The notes below the pieces were generated by a model. It was not told the origin of the DNA. It was given only the letters and a program-made list of their open reading frames with translations, and searched no databases. Shown in pieces: positions 1-28,711 of a stretch of 64,000 bases of DNA (positions are counted from its first letter, which is position 1; each line of letters begins with the position of its first letter). A program made the translations under genes and the position numbers. Source of the stretch: Blastocystis sp. Blastoise (lineage: Eukaryota > Protista > Bigyra: Opalinata); NCBI GenBank assembly GCA_039096225.1, contig JBBPEB010000009.1, positions 1,116,001 to 1,180,000 of the forward strand. The letters are read 5' to 3'.

Positions 1-90
1 TTATATTATATTATATTATATTATATTATATTATATTATATTATATTATATTATATTATATTATATTATATTATATTATATTATATTATA
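1..90. repeat. (TTATA)n pentanucleotide microsatellite, truncated by the window edge; probably intronic in the GT49 gene
   Basis: Perfect TTATA tandem repeat followed by AT-rich sequence ending in a TATAG acceptor at 133. Confidence 0.9.
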
Positions 91-133
91 TATAATCTTT
101 AAAAAAGTATATATAAATGTCTATTATATATAG

Positions 134-1485
<1,352 letters not shown>

Positions 1486-2135
1486 TAATTATTACTATTA
1501 TATATATATATATTGAATTCTTTATAATTCTAATAATTGTTTTTTTGTCTTTTTAAGAATTTTTTAGTTATATCCTTTTTTTCATTCGAATTTATCTTAA
1601 TATTATTATTAATATTGTTATTTAATGTCAATTCAACTATATGTTATTCTTCATACTCTTGTCTACTCATATATATCCATTTTTTTAATTTTATTTCTTT
1701 ATTCATCTTATTCTTATTTTATTTTGTATATTATGATAGTATGTTATGTAATGAAAATAGAGTTGATTATATTATACTATTCTTTCATAATTATTAATTC
1801 TAGTATAACTCCATATTATTTATCATTCTTTCTATTAAAATACATGTAAATAATTAAATTTATATGAATATTCAAATATGTATATTTTTGAAAAAAACGC
1901 TGATTTCAAAAAAAAAATGAAAACATTAAAAAATACTATTTATAGGGAATTTTGAGAAACATGTAGCAATATATTTCCATGATAATATTAATTGTGTTGG
2001 CTTAATTTTTGAGTTGATGCATCCAAAAAACACAGAGAATTTTGTTATCAGGGAAACCAAAACAACTATTTCTTTCTCTTAAAAAAATTCAACAATTGTT
2101 TTGAAATAGTTTTCTAATTTGTAATATGAGAGAAA

Positions 2136-3506
2136 ATGTTTAGAAAGTTTGTTTTTCTTGTTTGTGTTTGTTCTCTCTTGGTAGCTTCCATTAAACCTGA
2201 TGATAGTTATAATTATGAAGCAAAATATCAACATTTTCGCAAAGAGAGATTAGCTTATAATTCAGAAGATGTTTCGTCTAGTTCTTTGATTCGTCCCTCT
2301 CAATTTGGTGCTGACCCGACTGGTATTGAAGACAGTTCTGATGCATTTGACAAAGCTATGGCTGAGTTAGTGTCTAGATGCAAGGGTCATGTTATGGCTG
2401 ATGATATCATGGATTGTGGAAGTGCTACAATTGATTTAGAAGGTGGACAATATTTAATTAGTAGATCAATTGTTTTCCCTCAAATGATTGGAAATTTTAA
2501 GATGACTGGAGGTACTATTCGTGCTACTAGTGATTTTAATCAAAATGATTTTCTTATTGTTGTTGGTAAGAAAGAATGTGATAACAATCAACATAGTTGT
2601 AATGAGTTTATATCTTTTAGTTATATCGATTTCGATTGTAACTTAGCTGCTGCTGGTGCTCTATTTATTGGTGCTACTATGGGTGCAAATGTTGGTCCTT
2701 TTAATTTCTTTATTCATTTTATGAAAAATGCTATTCAGATTGAAAATGGTCATGAAACTATGATTCATCAAAGTTGGTTTGGTCAATATTATTATTCTAA
2801 AGATGCTTCTCAAGTTTCTTTTACTGCTACAGGTGTATTAATTAATAGCCATGATCATTATATTCATGATAGTATTTTCTTCCATATGAAAATTGGTGTA
2901 CAAATAAATGGTTCTTCAAATATATTACGTGGAGTTCATACTTGGGGATGTACTTATGGTGTTGTTTTAAATGGTATATTTAACCGTTTAGAAAATTGTT
3001 TTATGGATTATACAAAATTATTAATTCAAAATTTTAATATGAATATATTAAGAGATACTTGCTTTTTATTTGCTAATATTATAGCTAAACCTATAGGAAA
3101 ACAAGAAGTTAATGGTTTTCATATTGAAAATAGTATATATGGAAGACCAGGTAATATGGAAGCTATTCAAATTGATCTTTCTGAAGGATCTTTTGAAAAG
3201 ATACAAGATACTGTTATTAATGGTCAATTCTCTTATATAGCTAATTATACTATGAAATTAACTCAAGTTACTCGTTCATTACATTTAGAAAATTCTACTG
3301 AATATACTATTGATTTTGAACCTTATTTATTCTTTAAACGTATTGTCTCTATTCAATATGCTGTTATTAGTGAAGATAAGAAATTTACACGTCATTTCGC
3401 TCTTGCTCCTGAAGGTACTAAAGTAACTGTCTTATTTGAAGAGCCTGTGACTGCTACAGTTACTATCTCTGTTGATGAAAGCAACTATTATTATCAAATA
3501 AACTAA
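2136..3506 (+). CDS. Secreted pectin-lyase-fold (beta-helix) protein, polygalacturonase QRT3-like; single exon
   Basis: 456-aa uninterrupted ORF with a hydrophobic signal peptide. Motifs QFGADPTGIEDSSDAF, IDLEGGQYLISR, GGTIRATSDF and GHETMIHQSWFGQY resemble plant QRT3 / Pectate_lyase_3 motifs as I recall them. Confidence 0.8.
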   Translation: MFRKFVFLVCVCSLLVASIKPDDSYNYEAKYQHFRKERLAYNSEDVSSSSLIRPSQFGADPTGIEDSSDAFDKAMAELVSRCKGHVMADDIMDCGSATIDLEGGQYLISRSIVFPQMIGNFKMTGGTIRATSDFNQNDFLIVVGKKECDNNQHSCNEFISFSYIDFDCNLAAAGALFIGATMGANVGPFNFFIHFMKNAIQIENGHETMIHQSWFGQYYYSKDASQVSFTATGVLINSHDHYIHDSIFFHMKIGVQINGSSNILRGVHTWGCTYGVVLNGIFNRLENCFMDYTKLLIQNFNMNILRDTCFLFANIIAKPIGKQEVNGFHIENSIYGRPGNMEAIQIDLSEGSFEKIQDTVINGQFSYIANYTMKLTQVTRSLHLENSTEYTIDFEPYLFFKRIVSIQYAVISEDKKFTRHFALAPEGTKVTVLFEEPVTATVTISVDESNYYYQIN

Positions 3507-3696
3507 TCAATTTTTATGTTACTCTCCTTATATAATTTTTGTTTAATTATTCTTTTTTTTTTTGTTTTATTTGACAACAATCATTACTAATCATTGTGAA
3601 GAAATAGTGAAAAAATAGTTATAGAAGACAATAATAAATATCAGCGTTTTATAAAATATATATATAAATAAAAAAAGAAAAAAATTAAAAAACAAA

Positions 3697-3768
3697 CTCC
3701 GTGGCGGGGAATTGAACCCCGGTCATCCGCGTGACAGGCGGAGATACTAGCCACTATACTACCACGGA
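3697..3768 (-). tRNA. tRNA-Asp(GTC), copy 1
   Basis: 72 nt; acceptor stem TCCGTGG/CCACGGA, anticodon loop CT-GTC-AC, T-loop GGTTCAATTCC, followed by a T-run terminator. Confidence 0.97.
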
Positions 3769-4103
3769 ACACATTTATTTTTATTTATCTATCTATATCA
3801 AATCCATTTTCATATTTTTAATTTTGATTCTTATTTATATTTATTATTTTTTTATTTTTTTATATCATATGATATCATACATTAAATGTACTAGAATATG
3901 ATACCAAGCCCAACATATAGTGTGATATTCTTATTGATTTTAACGTAAATATCAAAATATGTGTATAACGAAAAAAATGATTTTTTTTGACGAGATTTAT
4001 AGAACTAGTTTCACAGTACTCACTATATCATGATTTCAAAGAAAAAAATTACAACATATATGAATATAACTAATGAAAAAATATATATAAATTAAAAATG
4101 AAA

Positions 4104-4175
4104 CTCCGTGGCGGGGAATTGAACCCCGGTCATCCGCGTGACAGGCGGAGATACTAGCCACTATACTACCACGGA
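4104..4175 (-). tRNA. tRNA-Asp(GTC), copy 2
   Basis: Identical 72-nt sequence on the minus strand. Confidence 0.97.
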
Positions 4176-4549
4176 ACACATTTTTGGAAAATATCCATTG
4201 TATTTGAGAAACCATTAACCAGTTTCTTAATACCTAGTCCAAAAAGTAATTTCCTAATAATCTAAATAAGCATAAATTAGATATATGAATGGTGATGTTT
4301 TTCGTTGATGCTTAGTTATTTAATATTTAAATCTTATAGGATATAAATTATGGAATAAAAATAGTGACAATAATATACATTTTAATAATAATTTACTCCA
4401 AAAAACATTGTTTGACTTATATATAAAAATAGATCATCGAATAACACTTTATATAGACGCTAATAATTATATACTCTTAGGATCAATTGTAAAATATGAA
4501 TCACTATTAGAAGTTCTTCAGTTAAGCAAACTATTTTCCCAAACTGTGT

Positions 4550-4621
4550 TCCGTGGTAGTATAGTGGCTAGTATCTCCGCCTGTCACGCGGATGACCGGG
4601 GTTCAATTCCCCGCCACGGAG
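4550..4621 (+). tRNA. tRNA-Asp(GTC), copy 3
   Basis: TCCGTGGTAGTATAGTGGCTAGTATCTCCGCCTGTCACGCGGATGACCGGGGTTCAATTCCCCGCCACGGAG followed by T-runs. Confidence 0.97.
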
Positions 4622-4961
4622 TTTATTTTTACTATTTTTAGTTTTTCTAATAACATTTTTGAAAATTCCAATTTTATTCTTTTTATCATGAAATATGGAT
4701 TACTGATAAAACTATCTCATATTTTAATATATGATTATATGTATATTTTGGATATTATAGTTACAGACAAGATAGTCTAAGTTCTGTACCTATTCTTAAA
4801 AACATAACAATATACAGTCAGTTTTTGTTTTTGACATAATTTGCTCACAACAAAATATTAATATATCATATGATATAAAAAAATAATAAATATAAATAAG
4901 AATCGAAATAAAAAATGTGAAAATAGATTTGATATAGATAGATAAATAAAAATAAATGTGT

Positions 4962-5033
4962 TCCGTGGTAGTATAGTGGCTAGTATCTCCGCCTGTCACG
5001 CGGATGACCGGGGTTCAATTCCCCGCCACGGAG
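4962..5033 (+). tRNA. tRNA-Asp(GTC), copy 4
   Basis: Identical 72-nt sequence. Confidence 0.97.
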
Positions 5034-6263
5034 TTTGTTTTTTATTTTTTCTTTTTTATTATTATTTTCACTTTTTCTTATCTATTAATTTTTATAATTT
5101 TCTCTATGTTGTTTTCTGATTTCTCTAAAATCGATTGATATTTCTTTTAAATTCCTACATAATCAAAATTATTTTCATAGCATTTTTCTTTTGCTAAGAA
5201 TAGAAAATGACTATGTTGTATAGTAAAAAAACTTTCAACGACCTATCCACATTATGCGAAAAGCACTCCAAAAAACAGCATATTGTAACACTTCATATTA
5301 TAACATATATATAACTTTCTACTATATAGCTCACAAAAATATAGCTTATATGATCAAATTATTGATAGCAAAATATGAAAAACCAGTATTCAAATGGAGT
5401 CTAGAATGCTTTAATTTCTATTTAATACTTAAGTTTAGCTGATAGTATCTAGAGCAATCATTTATAATAAATATTCTGATATAAAGTATTTAAAGAATGA
5501 AAGAAAACCAGAAGATACCTTGAATAATACATAAATCAAATACTTTTCTTGATATAGTATATAATATGAAGGTATTTTTCATATTAATTTAATATAATCA
5601 TGTAATCCATTTATTCTGCTTAAATATAATCGTTATTCAACTATTTTTATACATTCCTTTTCCAATTATTTTCTTAGCAAATGACTAAAAGGCATGAGTT
5701 GTATAAAATCTACTTATATATTAATTTCTTCATTCTTACGAGGAGTAATCTGGCTACAGAAGAAAGAAATATTTACTGTATACAAATAAATATTTTTTCA
5801 ATAACAGGAGAAATCACTACTTTGCAGCTATTTTGATCTCTTATTTCGTATTTACATAATTATAAGCTCAAAAATAGTTGAATAAATTACGAACATTTAC
5901 TAAATAATTAAAAAAAATAAAAAATAATATGTACTCTTGAGTATTTTCAATGTTTTAAATGTATACAAAAAGCATAGACAAGAAAATGAAAACTAATGAA
6001 ATAATAATAACCAATAATATACGTGATATACAAAAAGTAACACTGTAATAAGTTAACACATAACATCAAGATCATAAAAAATATTTAAAATACATTATTA
6101 AAAATGATAAGCACAAACAAGTCAAAAAAAAATATAAAATGAATTATGATAAAAAATGTATTATATGAAATTCATTCAATTTTTTGATTAACGTTTTTTT
6201 ATTACTTTTTTAATATATTTTTGTGTTATTTTCATATAACAAAGATTTTATCAAATTACAGGT

Positions 6264-6335
6264 TCCGTGGTAGTATAGTGGCTAGTATCTCCGCCTGTCA
6301 CGCGGATGACCGGGGTTCAATTCCCCGCCACGGAG
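6264..6335 (+). tRNA. tRNA-Asp(GTC), copy 5
   Basis: Identical 72-nt sequence. Confidence 0.97.
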
Positions 6336-6648
6336 TTTATTTTTATTATTTTGTGTTAAGACTAATTGTTATTTGTTTTTGTCAGTTATAATCGATGAGA
6401 AACATTTTACTGTTGTACTTCGTTCATGAGAAAAAAAGATGAGACGCAGAATTCGTTTAAGTTGTATTTATGAAAAACAAGAACAAACAATTTATTTAAT
6501 TCAATATTTGATAATTCTATTTCATTTGAATAAGTAATGAAAGTGACGTAGTTTTATAATGTGAATAATATAATTATATTCAACACTTAATGTACAATAA
6601 CAATCATGAAACAACAATTCAAAGAATTAAAAAATAACTAAAAATAAA

Positions 6649-6720
6649 CTCCGTGGCGGGGAATTGAACCCCGGTCATCCGCGTGACAGGCGGAGATACT
6701 AGCCACTATACTACCACGGA
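6649..6720 (-). tRNA. tRNA-Asp(GTC), copy 6
   Basis: Identical 72-nt sequence on the minus strand, convergent with copy 5. Confidence 0.97.
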
Positions 6721-7232
6721 ACCTGTGAATAAATTTTTACTATCATATATAATTACATATATCTATTGTTCAATTATTCTTTTATTTATAGGTATTTAAC
6801 GCTTATATATTAATTCATATATATGTCAGATAATCTCAATTCGAAATTAGAGGAAAAGATTAAAATTACTTTAGACCAAAAAAATAATTACAATTTTACC
6901 ATTGCCAGCATTCAAGAACATGACATAAACACATTTAAATTCTAAAAAAAAATACTCTATTATCATTTCCAAACAAGAAATGTAAAAACATTTAAAAAAA
7001 AACACAGTTTAAAACTAAGGTTTAAAAAAATCTGATTTAAAAAATTCCATAAATAAAAAGATTATTTTATAGCAGAAACAAAGAATATTTATAAATCTGT
7101 TTTTTTAAAAATCTTTGGCTATTCTCTATTTATCAATTTATCAGAACCTTACACGTTTTCAATATTAACTTAACATAGAATAAACTAAAGAAATAAAATA
7201 CTAAATAAATTCTAAAGAAGTCATTTCTTGAA

Positions 7233-16675
<9,443 letters not shown>

Positions 16676-17979
16676 ATATATCATTAATAAGAGTATTTAA
16701 ATTATATTCTTATGTATTTAAAAAAATAATAAATATTTAAGTTATATTTACTGTATTATAAATGTATATTTTTTTGTGATTATTTATAGTTGTTATTTTT
16801 TGTTATTTTATTAGTTATTATTCGAAAATTATTGTTTAATAATTGTATGCTATATTTTTTTGTACAAAATCATTAATATTTTGTTTAGTCGTGTGTATTA
16901 GTAATAAAACTATTATTTCTTATGTCATAAATTAAATCTTGAGATTGTTTTTAACATAATAATATATATAGATACTATTATCATAGTTATCTATAATAGT
17001 ATTTAAATTATAATAGTATACATTAATTATTCATGATATAAAACAATTTCTAGTTTTTTTTTCATATATATAGCGAGAGAGAAAGTTGAATATAAAACAA
17101 ATATAATGTTAAAATATTATTAGAGTTATATCTAGTAGAATTGTAAGTAGGTTTTATAATATTATATGTTGCTACTTCTTCGAATTACTAATATATATAT
17201 ACATAATAAATACTAGTGTTATTAATCATATATACTTATGATATTCTTAATGATTTTATATAATAATATATATGTATATTATTTATATATAAATAGCTGA
17301 TACAAATGAAGAATGTAATTTATATGAATCATTATTAAAAGAATATCAAATGAAATTAAATTTTCATATTCAATTTTATGTAACATTTTATAAAAATGAA
17401 ATAAAAGCTTAGAAAATAATATATTTATTGGATAAATATATATATATATATATGTTTTTTTTGTTTTTCTAATACCACTAATATATATAGTTTTGATTTT
17501 TTGTTTGATAATTATATGCATTTATATAAATATTGTTTTTATGTAGTTTGTTTTGTTTGAATTATATATATAATAATAATTAAAAGAGTATGCATACATA
17601 TATATAATTATCAATGAGAAATCTAATTTAAATAGTTCTATGAATAGATTTATTAAATATTGCATATATACGTTGAATTTCAATCATCAAAATAGTAATT
17701 TTTAGTAAGAAGCAAATAATATAATAAATCTTTTTGAGCTATTAATCCAATTTATATATCATATTATTAATATTATATATCTTTTTAAATATTTGTATTT
17801 AAATTACACTTATATTTATTGTTTTTCAATTTGAATAATATAATGGAATGAGTACTCTTGGCTAACATTCTTTTTATAATAATCATATATTCATTTTTTG
17901 TTTTCATTCAAATAATATAAATAAAGTTAATGGAATAATAATAATTTATATCATATCACTATCAATCAAAACATGATAT

Positions 17980-18230
17980 TCAAGAAATGCAATATATATA
18001 TATATATATCAAAAATATCTCTTCAATATAAGGAATAAGTATCCATATAATCATCAAAAAATGAATAACTTTTTCTGTGTTAGAAAGAAGCATATATACA
18101 GAATAACTTTTATAGTTATAATTATTAGAGTACATAATAATATTATGAAATACTAGTTGAGGATATCTCTTAACGAATTCCACAGAAACACATGATTGTG
18201 CCTGACCTTGAAATGAAACAAATCTCAAAA
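17980..18230 (-). pseudogene. Relic BTB-like exon of the BTB-LRR-like family (subfamily of the 53360-57217 gene)
   Basis: FVSFQGQAQSCVSVEFVKRYPQLVFHNIIMYS...EKVIHFLM aligns by eye with LFTFQDETKLWISKEFIEKYPQLPFRDIIQHS...DKVIQFLM at about 57147-56970. No intact downstream exons seen. Confidence 0.65.
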
Positions 18231-18716
18231 TAGAATAACGTATTTTCTTTCATATTCAATACAATCACTATCATATAACACTTTTGCATTTTCTGATGTG
18301 ATTGATTAAACTAGATACACACAAAGAGCACATAATTAATTCCAATGAAGAACTATTTTTGATATATTATAAATATCCTTGCAATGTTTATATTGCTAAT
18401 CTTAGTAAAATATATATTTTAATCATTTACAAATTATAAAAGAATTGAAATTCAGAGACTTAAATTTGTCAATATCGGCTTTTATTCATGAATATTTTCG
18501 TTTTCTCACGGAAATTTTCCATTGTTCAGTTAAAAAAAAAAGAATAAAAACTAGCTTTTTGATTCTTTCTGTTATTCTGTAGTTATTTAAAACCTCGTAA
18601 AAATTATGTGTCTCTTATTTTTTATATAAATCTTAAATTAGAATATAAGTATAGCCATATTTTATGTATTAAAACATAAGTTAATAGTCTACTTATATGT
18701 TTTTATAGTCTTAAAT

Positions 18717-20208
18717 ATGTCTGAAAAGTTGGACGAAAATGATTTCATTCAAAATGAGCAAGATAATGAGAAGCCATTAAGTTCCACCAATAATGATACA
18801 TCAAATATAGATTTTATCTTTCAAGATGAAAAGAAAATAGGTATTCCATTGTGGTTTTTGAAGAATTATCCAAATTCTATGATGTCTAAAACATATGAAA
18901 GTCCTGAAAATTATTTAGAAGACGAAAATGCTTACTATATTGATTCTCCGTCACTATCTATTGATAAATTAGTGGAAGTCATATGTAATTCTGCTTCATT
19001 TGATTTTTTCTCGCTGAATGAACTTTATGATTTATATAAAAATGTACAACATTTTCTCAGGCTTGATTATGTGGAGTTAAAGGCAAGAATCGAAGCTGTT
19101 TTTATGGAATCATTTAAGACATTTATCACGAAAAATGGTTGCGAACTCCATACAGGCTTCAATACAAATGAAGATGAAAATGATGTAATTTTAAATAGTT
19201 TTACAAAAAGCTTATATATGGTTATATATAGTAAGTTATAAAATATTTTTTGTTTATTATTATATAGATGTTTTTACTGAACAAAGAAATAAGTTATTTT
19301 TGCAATATTCATGCTTATTTGAATATTTTCATGTTACACAAGTTGCTTTAAAATGTATATTATTATGATTCATTTTTATTTTTGACGTAGATGAGTTTGA
19401 TGATAGAATTCCTTATGAATATATATATCCCTCTAATTTACATGAATTATTCCCCAAAATAGAGCATTATGATATATACAGTATATTCTATTTATTTATA
19501 TCTATGTATATAATTTATATAGTTTCTTATTATCCATTAAAGAAATATATACGAGTAAAACCAACAGATATTCATTATATGCCATTATATAAGGAATATA
19601 AACGTGAATATTATGAAAAGTATTATCCTTTTTCTTATAAGAGATATTTATATGAACATCCAGATGTAGTTACTAATATGTTAATCGGTAATGAAATTTA
19701 TTCATATTATCCTAAGAATGAGCAGTATATTGAGGCTATTAAAAAAGAAGTACAAACAGTTCATTTTGAAATTATAGATATAGATATTGATGAAGAAATA
19801 AGAAACGAAAAAGAAGAAGAGAAACCTGATTTATATATAGAAAATCTATTTGATTATTCCAATGAATGTTTTAATGAAAAACTAATGGAGAAAGTGAAGC
19901 ATTTTTTTTCTTCTTATGGTTATGAAGAACAAATAATATATCACTTTTCATATATCGATGATAATGGAAGTATATATAAATAATATAAATAATAATAATA
20001 ATATAAAGAATATTTTTATTTATAGCAATTGATACACAACACCCAATATTAAAGTATATATCATTTCTTCCTAGTAATAGATTATATTATTGGGTTACTA
20101 TTAATAGAAACACTATATATCTAGCATAGATAATATAAGTTTCAATGATAAAATATCATATATTTCAAATTTTCCGATATGTAGGCAACTGAAATATTTT
20201 ACTATACA

Positions 20209-20269
<61 letters not shown>

Positions 20270-22626
20270 TGATTCAATAGAACATTTGTTACAAATCAAT
20301 ATACCTCCTTTTTTACAATTATTAAAAGATTCTATATATTCTTCTTTAGAACTTTTTGATTTTTATCAATGTATATATATATATAAATTATATAATGATT
20401 AATATATATAGTTATTGATGGATATATGTATCCCGAATATATACAATTATTTAAAGATATTATTACTACTCATGTATTTCCTAATGTAACTACATTAAAA
20501 ATGGATAGTATTTATATATATTGCTATTCTAAATATATATGTATCTAGTTAGGATATGTTTGGATTTTGATAAGAATTACATAAAACATATTTTATCCTT
20601 ATTTACAAGAGATCGTTTTCCCAAGTTACATATTTATGATTTTGAATATTATAAAGCTGATGATAATACTGCTTTAACATTTATTCAGATGGATATCCTT
20701 GTACCTATTTCTTTATTAAACCTAATGGACACAATCAAATCAACAAATGATGATAGCTTCGTTGGAATGTTTCTTCAAAATAAAAATGTATTAAATAATC
20801 TTTTAATAACAAAGAAACAATATAATTTCAATATTATAGGTAATACATTTTATAATATTTGGCATATATATATATATAGTTGATATATGGAATTATGATT
20901 ATTTTCAAACATGGAAACAATTATATAATAATGGCTTATTCGCAATTGAAAATGTTTACTATAGTTGTATATATATATAATGATATATATACTATGTCTT
21001 ATTGAAATATTATTATTATATATATAGTTTATTTAATGAGTTTTAATGATACTGATAATTTACTTACTGAATTAAGTGAATATCAATTCAAATCACTAAC
21101 AATATGTATTTATTTATTGATCTTTATTCTTTTAATTTATATTTGTATTCATTTCATATAATTGTATTATAGGTACAGACACTTCTTCATATGAAATATT
21201 ACATAATATGGAAAGTGATTATAAGAATATGAATTTCAATGAATGCCGAAAACTTATGTTACTATGTATTTAATTAAAAATTCTCTGTTTTGTGATACAA
21301 TTTTCTGTTAATTCTTTTTATAGTTAACTTCTATGATTGTCCAAATGACGGTATTTTTGAATTTCTAAGCGAATACTTAATTTTTTTATGTAATGGAAAT
21401 TATCAGAATATTACATCATTATTAATTTGTATATTTTTCTAAATAAAATAATATAAAAATTCTTTTTTTTAATGATAAAAGAATTCAATATTAATAAATA
21501 ACATATTATATAGATATAAACATTTCATATTTTTTTAAGGTAAGACTAGAGCAAATGACTAATATAGAAATTTCAAAAATAAAGGATTTATTATTTCTTT
21601 TCTTCTCTTTATTTTCTAATTCCATAAAAGAACTACATTTGAATAGTATGTATATATTTAAAAAGATTCCTTCATTTTGTTATTATATGAATAAATAATT
21701 TATAGGTATGTTCTTAGATAGTAATTTCTTTTATTCAGATCAATGTATGAAATTATCTTTATGGTCAAATGTTCAATCTATATCAATAAATTTTAGTATA
21801 TTGTTACTACTAACTTTATTATTATATGTATATTATAAAGATTATCAAGAAGTAAATAGTGTATTAAATAACTTGATAAATATAATTAAAACGAATCAAC
21901 TCACTAAATTGAAATCCCTAAAATTTTGTAATTTAGGTATTTTATTAGAATTATATACTTTATATACATTTAAATCTAGATATTGAATTATCAAGTTTAC
22001 TTAAGTTTATTGAGTCATTCAGACCAGATTCTTCTATTTCTTATCCATCTCTTGATGAATTTATTATTAGTATATTATATAAAATCTATTAAAAATATTA
22101 GTTTTATTTCATTACTAATAATTTCTATATCTAGATAACAAAACATGTATCAATGTTTTTGAATATTTTCCGAATTGTTCATTTTATTGGCATAAGCCTA
22201 TTAATGCTATTATTATGAATGACTACTTTAATTGTGATGATGATACATATTATGAATATATATATAATCAACTACAACAAGATTATTGTAAAAATATTAT
22301 TAGCATCAAATTAAGTATCTATATATTTAATATAATAATAATTATATATTTCTAGGTCTAAAAAGAAATTCATATTTATCAAAAATAATTAATTTAATAC
22401 TAAATGGTCATTTTTTATATTTGAAATATCTTTATTTCACTTTTTACGGTATATATATATATTTATAAAAAACAATATTATTAACATTATATATATAGAT
22501 TACTATAGTTATGACTATACAAAGTATTCTTTGTTGATTAATTATTGTATAAATAAAAATGATCATGATTTTATTATAGAATTTGATAATAATTTTAGAA
22601 CTGTTTTTGATGTTAATGAACTTTAA
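18717..22626 (+). CDS. BTB/POZ-like N-terminal domain + divergent LRR-like repeat protein, multi-exon (family A, copy 1)
   Basis: First exon FIFQDE..IPLWFLKNYPNSMMS...AYYIDSP is BTB_2-like. About 20 short GT-AG exons carry the family motifs IPYEYIYPSNLHELFP, HVFPNVTTL and FPKLHIYD. Stop TAA at 22624-22626. Domain identities are inferred from pattern. Confidence 0.72.
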
Positions 22627-23910
22627 ATTTATTATGATTCTTTTTTTATTATATATATATTATAGTTAATATAATCAATTTATATAAAAAAATATATATA
22701 TAATTATTAATTCTCTTTTTGAATTATACTTTCTTTTATATTCATTTTAGTTTGGTGACTATAATTAAAAAATGATTAATATATTTGAATATTTAAAGTA
22801 ATTAAATTACTATGTTCATTATATATTTCAATATAAGCAATTCTTTTATATTATAAAAGAATATTTAAAAAAATATAAATAGCTTTTTAAAAAAGAAGTC
22901 AATTATACTTTGCTACTATTCTGTTTGGTACGACTTGAATAATTGTTTCCAAAGCATAACAAAATGATGATTTGCATACAATTCTTTATTTTTATCAAAT
23001 AAAGTATCAAATTAAATAATAAATATCAAAATAGTATATGAAAAGAAAGATATGTTTCATTCTACAGAATTTATTCAATTATGCTTTTATATATCTATTC
23101 ATGGATATATTTAGATAATAATTATCGTATCTACTCATATATATTCATGATTTTTTAAAGTGAATATTATTATAAGTATTAATACTGTCTTACACAACTG
23201 TATAGAGTTTTTTTTACTGTTATTCTACTCCTTCTTTTTATTATTTTATTATTTTACTCATTTCAAATGGTTGATTTCTTCAATAAAGACATTTTAGTTA
23301 TAATAAAGGAATTGACGAATAAAAATGTTTCATTAATTTTATGAAGATCCTTTGCAATTAAACATCAAATATTTTTTTTTGGTAACTGGTGATTCTCTTA
23401 TTATTCAAGATAATTGATTACTTTTGTATTGTGTATATCATCAATTCAAAACAATTATTGTTTAAAGAAGTATAATGTTCTTTCTTTTGTTTCAAAATTA
23501 TGTTACTGACAATATTTTAAACATTACTTCAGGTTACAAAAATTGTGGTAAGGGAAATATATATATGAAATACATTTTGGAAAGTGTATTTAATGACAAT
23601 TATCATAAGTGTATTTTCTTCATTATCATTTTTTTTCAATTTCTAAAATTTTTATTATTAATAACAAAAAAAGGAAAAAAACACTATAAAACTGTATACA
23701 GAACTGAGTAATAAATATAAAGAATATAATAGAATATTTTATTGCTTATTCATTAAGAAAAGAAAAGAGAAAACATTTATTAAAAAAATAAAACTTGTAA
23801 CTCTAAAGTTGTTTTATATTTCAATTATTGCCATTTATTTTGTATTTTCAATAAAATACAATATTCTCAATAATCATACATTATCTTTAGAAGCTTCATT
23901 TGCTTATGAA

Positions 23911-28432
<4,522 letters not shown>

Positions 28433-28711
28433 TATGGATGATTTTATTGAATATTTTTTTAATGTTAATTTTTATTATTATTATTATTATTAATAGTTGT
28501 TTAGTTTTAACAATATATAGATAAACTTTTTGATATTTGTTATAAATAAAAAATATGAAAAATGATTAATTTAAATGTATATATATTAAAAACATGAAAT
28601 AAAAGAGATAGAAATAAAAACAGAAAATGAAGGAAGTACAATAGATATTTTTTATTTAATAAATAGAATCGTTTATTTCATGGTTTATTATTAAATAATA
28701 TATAACTATAT

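Noticed and set aside
3504-3580. Polyadenylation-created stop codons as known in Blastocystis
   Set aside because: All gene ends I could trace have genomic TAA codons; there is no evidence here without cDNA.
4408-4999. Short ORFs overlapping the tRNA genes
   Set aside because: Chance frames running through tRNA-Asp sequence.
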